A DNA stretch of 62,362 nt, the filler included, from Stramenopiles sp. TOSAG23-6 (lineage: Eukaryota), in NCBI GenBank assembly GCA_900128565.1. It is 12 parts of 12 records of this genome, joined end to end, with 100 filler letters (N's around TTAATTAATTAA, not from the genome) between each part and the next. Parts side by side here need not be neighbours in the genome. Positions count along the whole stretch, not along the records: positions 57,307 to 62,362 come from LT636981.1; 11 more parts are not named here. One strand, given 5' to 3'. Under the pieces are notes generated by a model. The model saw only the letters and a list, made by a program, of their open reading frames with translations. It ran no database searches and was not told the origin of the DNA. Positions 58,894 through 62,362 of this stretch are shown here, one piece after another. The position numbers and the translations under genes are program-made. How positions within the stretch are numbered: the first letter of the stretch is position 1; each line of letters begins with the position of its first letter.

Positions 58894-61117
58894 GTCTTCA
58901 ATTTGTGGTTGAACAAAATATTTCAACATTTGATACGGTAACACAGTCACAAAAAAAAGTAACTGTAAAATCAAAGCTAAATTTAATTGATTTAGCTGGA
59001 AGTGAAAAATGGAATATAATGCATGTATGTTTTTATTTTTTTTCAATTTTTTTTTTCTACATTTTTTTTTCATACGAAATTTTTTTACCTAACAATTTTT
59101 TTTTTTACTAACCAAAAAAAAAAAAAAAACTTTTGAAATATTTTTCCAAAATACATGATATGTCAGTAGCTCATCAACAGGAGTTACAAAATATCAATTT
59201 ATCATTACATACTTTAGGGCGATGTATAGAGAAATTATCCTCACATTCTCTACAACACATTCAAAACCCTAACCCTAGAAAAACAAAAAACCCTAACCCT
59301 AGAAAAACAAAAAGACATATCCCATTTCGTGATTCTGTCTTAACTCGATTATTACAAGATTCTCTAGGTGGAAACACAAAAACATTTATTCTTGCAATGA
59401 TTACTCCATCACAATTAAATATAAATGAAACAATATCAACACTAAAATTTGCAGACCGGGCGAAACGAATTCAGATGAAAGTGAAAATAAATCAAATTCG
59501 TAAATTAGATTTGGCGTCATTTGAAAAACTTGAAAATGAAAACAAAAATTTACGTTTTATTTTACAAAAACTTTCAAAAAATATAAATGTAGAACATTTG
59601 GACAACAATTTGGAATCTAGTACAAAAAACAATACAACAAAACAATCGAAATCATCAAATATTTTACAAAAAAATATTATAGACTTAACAAATGACGTTT
59701 TGAGATTAAAAGAAGAAAACAAAAAATTGCATAAAATGTTAGACAATCAATCTTTACAGTATTCAAACCCTACTAACCCTAGTAATACACTACATTGTAC
59801 CTCAGATCAAAATCAACAAAATCAACAAAATGATCGTGTATGTTTTATTTTTTTTTTTTCGGTAAAAAAAAAAAAAAAAATCGATTTTTTTTTTTGGTTT
59901 TCGTACGAAATTTTGTACCTAACAAATTTTTCAAATTTTTTTCTCAAATATTTTTCTACAATACATGAAGAAATCCAAATACTGAGGAGTGCTTTAGATG
60001 TAATGATATCAGGTTGTTCAAGATTTTTTAAATTAGAAATTGAGGAGGATGATTTACAACAAGTATTTACTCGTGTTGTTCAACAAGTACACGAAATAAA
60101 GGAAAAGAAAAAAAAACCCAACCCTACTAAAAACCCTAACCCTAATGAAAAAGCATGGATTTCGTCCAGTAGACGAACATCGTTTATAGCTGCTTTACGG
60201 AACCCTAACCCTAACAATACATATTCAACAAAAAATGTCCAACGATCATCAACGGCACCACTACCGAGTACATTTGCTCAAAACAGACGTTCTAATATGG
60301 TATGTTATTATTATTATTATTATTGTACAATGTAAAAATATGTTTTTTTTTTTTTTTTGAAATTTTTTACATTTTTAAAATTTTTTCATTTTTTTNAAAA
60401 AAAAAAAAAAAATTTTAAAATTCTAAAATTCTAAAATTCTAATATTTTTCATTTGTTTGACATATCAATACAATACATGTACATTTAAATACAAAATATC
60501 GCATCACAGGAAGAAATACAGATGAATCATCAGTGTTTATTGATCCTGTTGAAGTCGAAGAACGAAAACAAAAACAAAAAATAAAAAACTCACGAAAAAA
60601 AATCGAAAAACAAAGAAAATTGATGTTATATATGCAAAAAAAAGCAAAACGAGACTTGGAAATTTTACAACAACACGAAAAACAAAGAGATTGGGAAGTC
60701 GAACAGTTACGTAAGAGTAATGCGAAACGGCTACGACGTGCTCAAATGAATAAGTTAAAAGTATTAAAATATAGAGAGAAACAAATGCAACAAATTGAGA
60801 AAATGAGAAAAAATAAAACATCTACAATTAATAAAATTGATGATAACGACGAAGATAATAACATACTTGATGAGTATACTAATCAAGATATAGCTAATAT
60901 AGATAATATGGATAATATAGATGATATGGATGATATGGATAATATGGATGATATAGATAATTTGGATAATATAGATAATATAGATAATAATATAGATGAT
61001 GCTTATAATTATAAAGATGAATCAACTGACACTGAATGTCCAAAAAATGAGACGATTAATGATGAAAATGATGCTGATAGTATCAATAGTGATAATGAAG
61101 GCGATATTGTTGTATAA
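58894..61117 (+). CDS. Kinesin, C-terminal half of motor domain plus coiled-coil tail; introns 59025-59156 (GT-AT), 59838-59966 (GT-AT), 60300-60509 (GT-AG)
   Basis: [57 protein letters not shown]. Confidence 0.92.
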
Positions 61118-61497
61118 TGGTATACACGATTGTTTGTATACAATTGATTTTCTGCATTCCGTGAAAATAAAAAAAATAAAATTATCAAATACCAAGTATA
61201 TACGCTACTAGCTAGGGTTAGGGTTTAGGGTGTTGAATTCCCGGTACCAGACTAGTCAGCATGATTTTTCTCTTCTTCTTCTTCTTCTTCTTCGAACAAC
61301 AAACAACAACAAGCAAACAACACACACGCACTCTCTCGAAGAAGAAGACATAACAACAATAACAACATTGTTTCGTGATCCTACTACGGACAAACTACAT
61401 ATCTCATTATCGCGATTTGTTCATTCTAATTTCCCAAAGAGTATAGTGTAGTGTTATCCATCTATATATTTTGTATATATTGCATAGTCTAAAGAAT

Positions 61498-62305
61498 ATG
61501 TCTTCCGAAACAAAAGAAGCACAAAAGGAATCCAGAGATGAATGGCCAACTTCTCCAGAGGATTATGAACTCACACGTAAGATTGGTGAAGGAGCATTTG
61601 CAAAGGTCTATGTCGCAAAGTGTCCAACAAAGAACATAGATGTGGCTATTAAAGTCATGGATTTGGAAAAAGTTACGTCAAACTTGGATCATCTTAGACA
61701 AGAAGTTACTACAATGAAATTATGTAGACACAAAAACGTTCTCCCTCTCTATACAAGCTTCAATGTCAAGCGTGAATTATGGTTAGTGATGCCTTATATG
61801 GATAAAGGTTCTCTTCTGGAAGCTATGCGACAATTAAAGAAACTTGGTCGGACTAGCGAGCTCGACGAAGATTGGATTGCTTTTATTCTGAGAGAAGTTT
61901 GTCATGGTCTAGACTATCTCCACTCATCAGGTTGGGTTCATCGAGATATCAAAGCAGGAAATATTTTGTTAAATTCCAGTGGTGATGTAGTCCTAAGTGA
62001 TTTTGGTGTAGCTGGTATTTTGACAAATCCTGACCCAATCAATCATGATAATAATCGAAACACTTTTGTTGGTACCCCATGTTTGTTTTATTAACCCTAA
62101 CCCTACTATCAAATGTATTTTTTTTTTTTTGGTTTTCGTACGAAATTTTGTACCTAACTTTTTTGATGATACAATTTCGTGTTTTTTCACAATATATGCT
62201 GGATGGCTCCGGAAGTAATGAAGCAAAGCGCGGGCTATACAGAAAAAGCAGATATTTGGTCCCTTGGCATTACTGCCTTGGAGTTGGCTAAATCATATGC
62301 ACCAT
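61498..62305 (+). CDS. STE20-family Ser/Thr kinase, OXSR1/SPAK (Fray)-like; GT-AT intron 62081-62197; 3' end missing
   Basis: [61 protein letters not shown]. Confidence 0.92.
62081..62197 (+). mobile_element. Intron-family copy, GT-AT, in the kinase activation segment
   Basis: Only removal of these 117 nt gives GTPCWMAPE; the first AG after the branch motif lies beyond APE. Confidence 0.92.
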
Positions 62306-62362
62306 GTATGTTTTATTTTTTTTTATTTTTTTTTTGTATGAATTTTTTTTTTTTTTTTTTTT

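Noticed and set aside
59025-59156. U12-type AT-AC interpretation of the intron family
   Set aside because: There is no RTATCCTT donor and the branch is TACCTAAC, not TTCCTTAAC. A shifted AT..AC register remains formally possible and is listed as a test.
36812-59160. Recurring peptides [32 protein letters not shown] in many ORFs
   Set aside because: They are translations of the intron repeat in different frames, not a protein domain. Some copies are in frame and stop-free (10567-10668, 28764-28862, 38222-38329, 59838-59966), so ORFs read through them.
60890-61000. GATAATATRGAT repeats (also 39357-39426, 40083-40180, 16716-16792)
   Set aside because: Coding micro- and minisatellites in low-complexity protein regions.

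Overview
This window is not one locus. It is 12 unrelated ~5.1-kb contigs (5138 down to 5056 bp, sorted by length) joined by artificial 100-nt linkers (N44-TTAATTAATTAA-N44). The source is an AT-rich, gene-dense microbial eukaryote, probably a stramenopile (inferred from protein style, not certain), with scattered TTAGGG-type repeats. Recognisable genes are WDR3/UTP12, SAM50, a P5A-ATPase, a Pumilio protein, NDUFA13, a KH protein, GRP94, ILVBL, a PP2C, NDUFC2, a kinesin and an OXSR1/SPAK-like kinase. The main signal is a family of roughly 50 related, mostly 90-190 nt introns with consensus GTATGTTTT..TTCGTACGAAATTTTGTACCTAAC..GAAATATTTTTCCAAAATAC-NN. Conserved protein motifs can only be rebuilt if most of them are spliced at non-AG acceptors: mostly GT-AT, also GT-TT, GT-AC and one probable AT-AC. 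The terminal NN usually repeats the last two bases of the upstream exon. This looks like an introner-type transposon (short TIRs, 2-bp target duplication) that has spread in a host whose splicing does not require AG. Other items are a covarying structured tandem repeat (1956-2170), a 783-bp CACAG-TIR element with a 3-bp TSD, telomere-repeat insertions inside genes, and assembly artefacts (a foldback and chimeric joins through the intron repeat). All splicing calls are read from DNA only; no RNA evidence is available.
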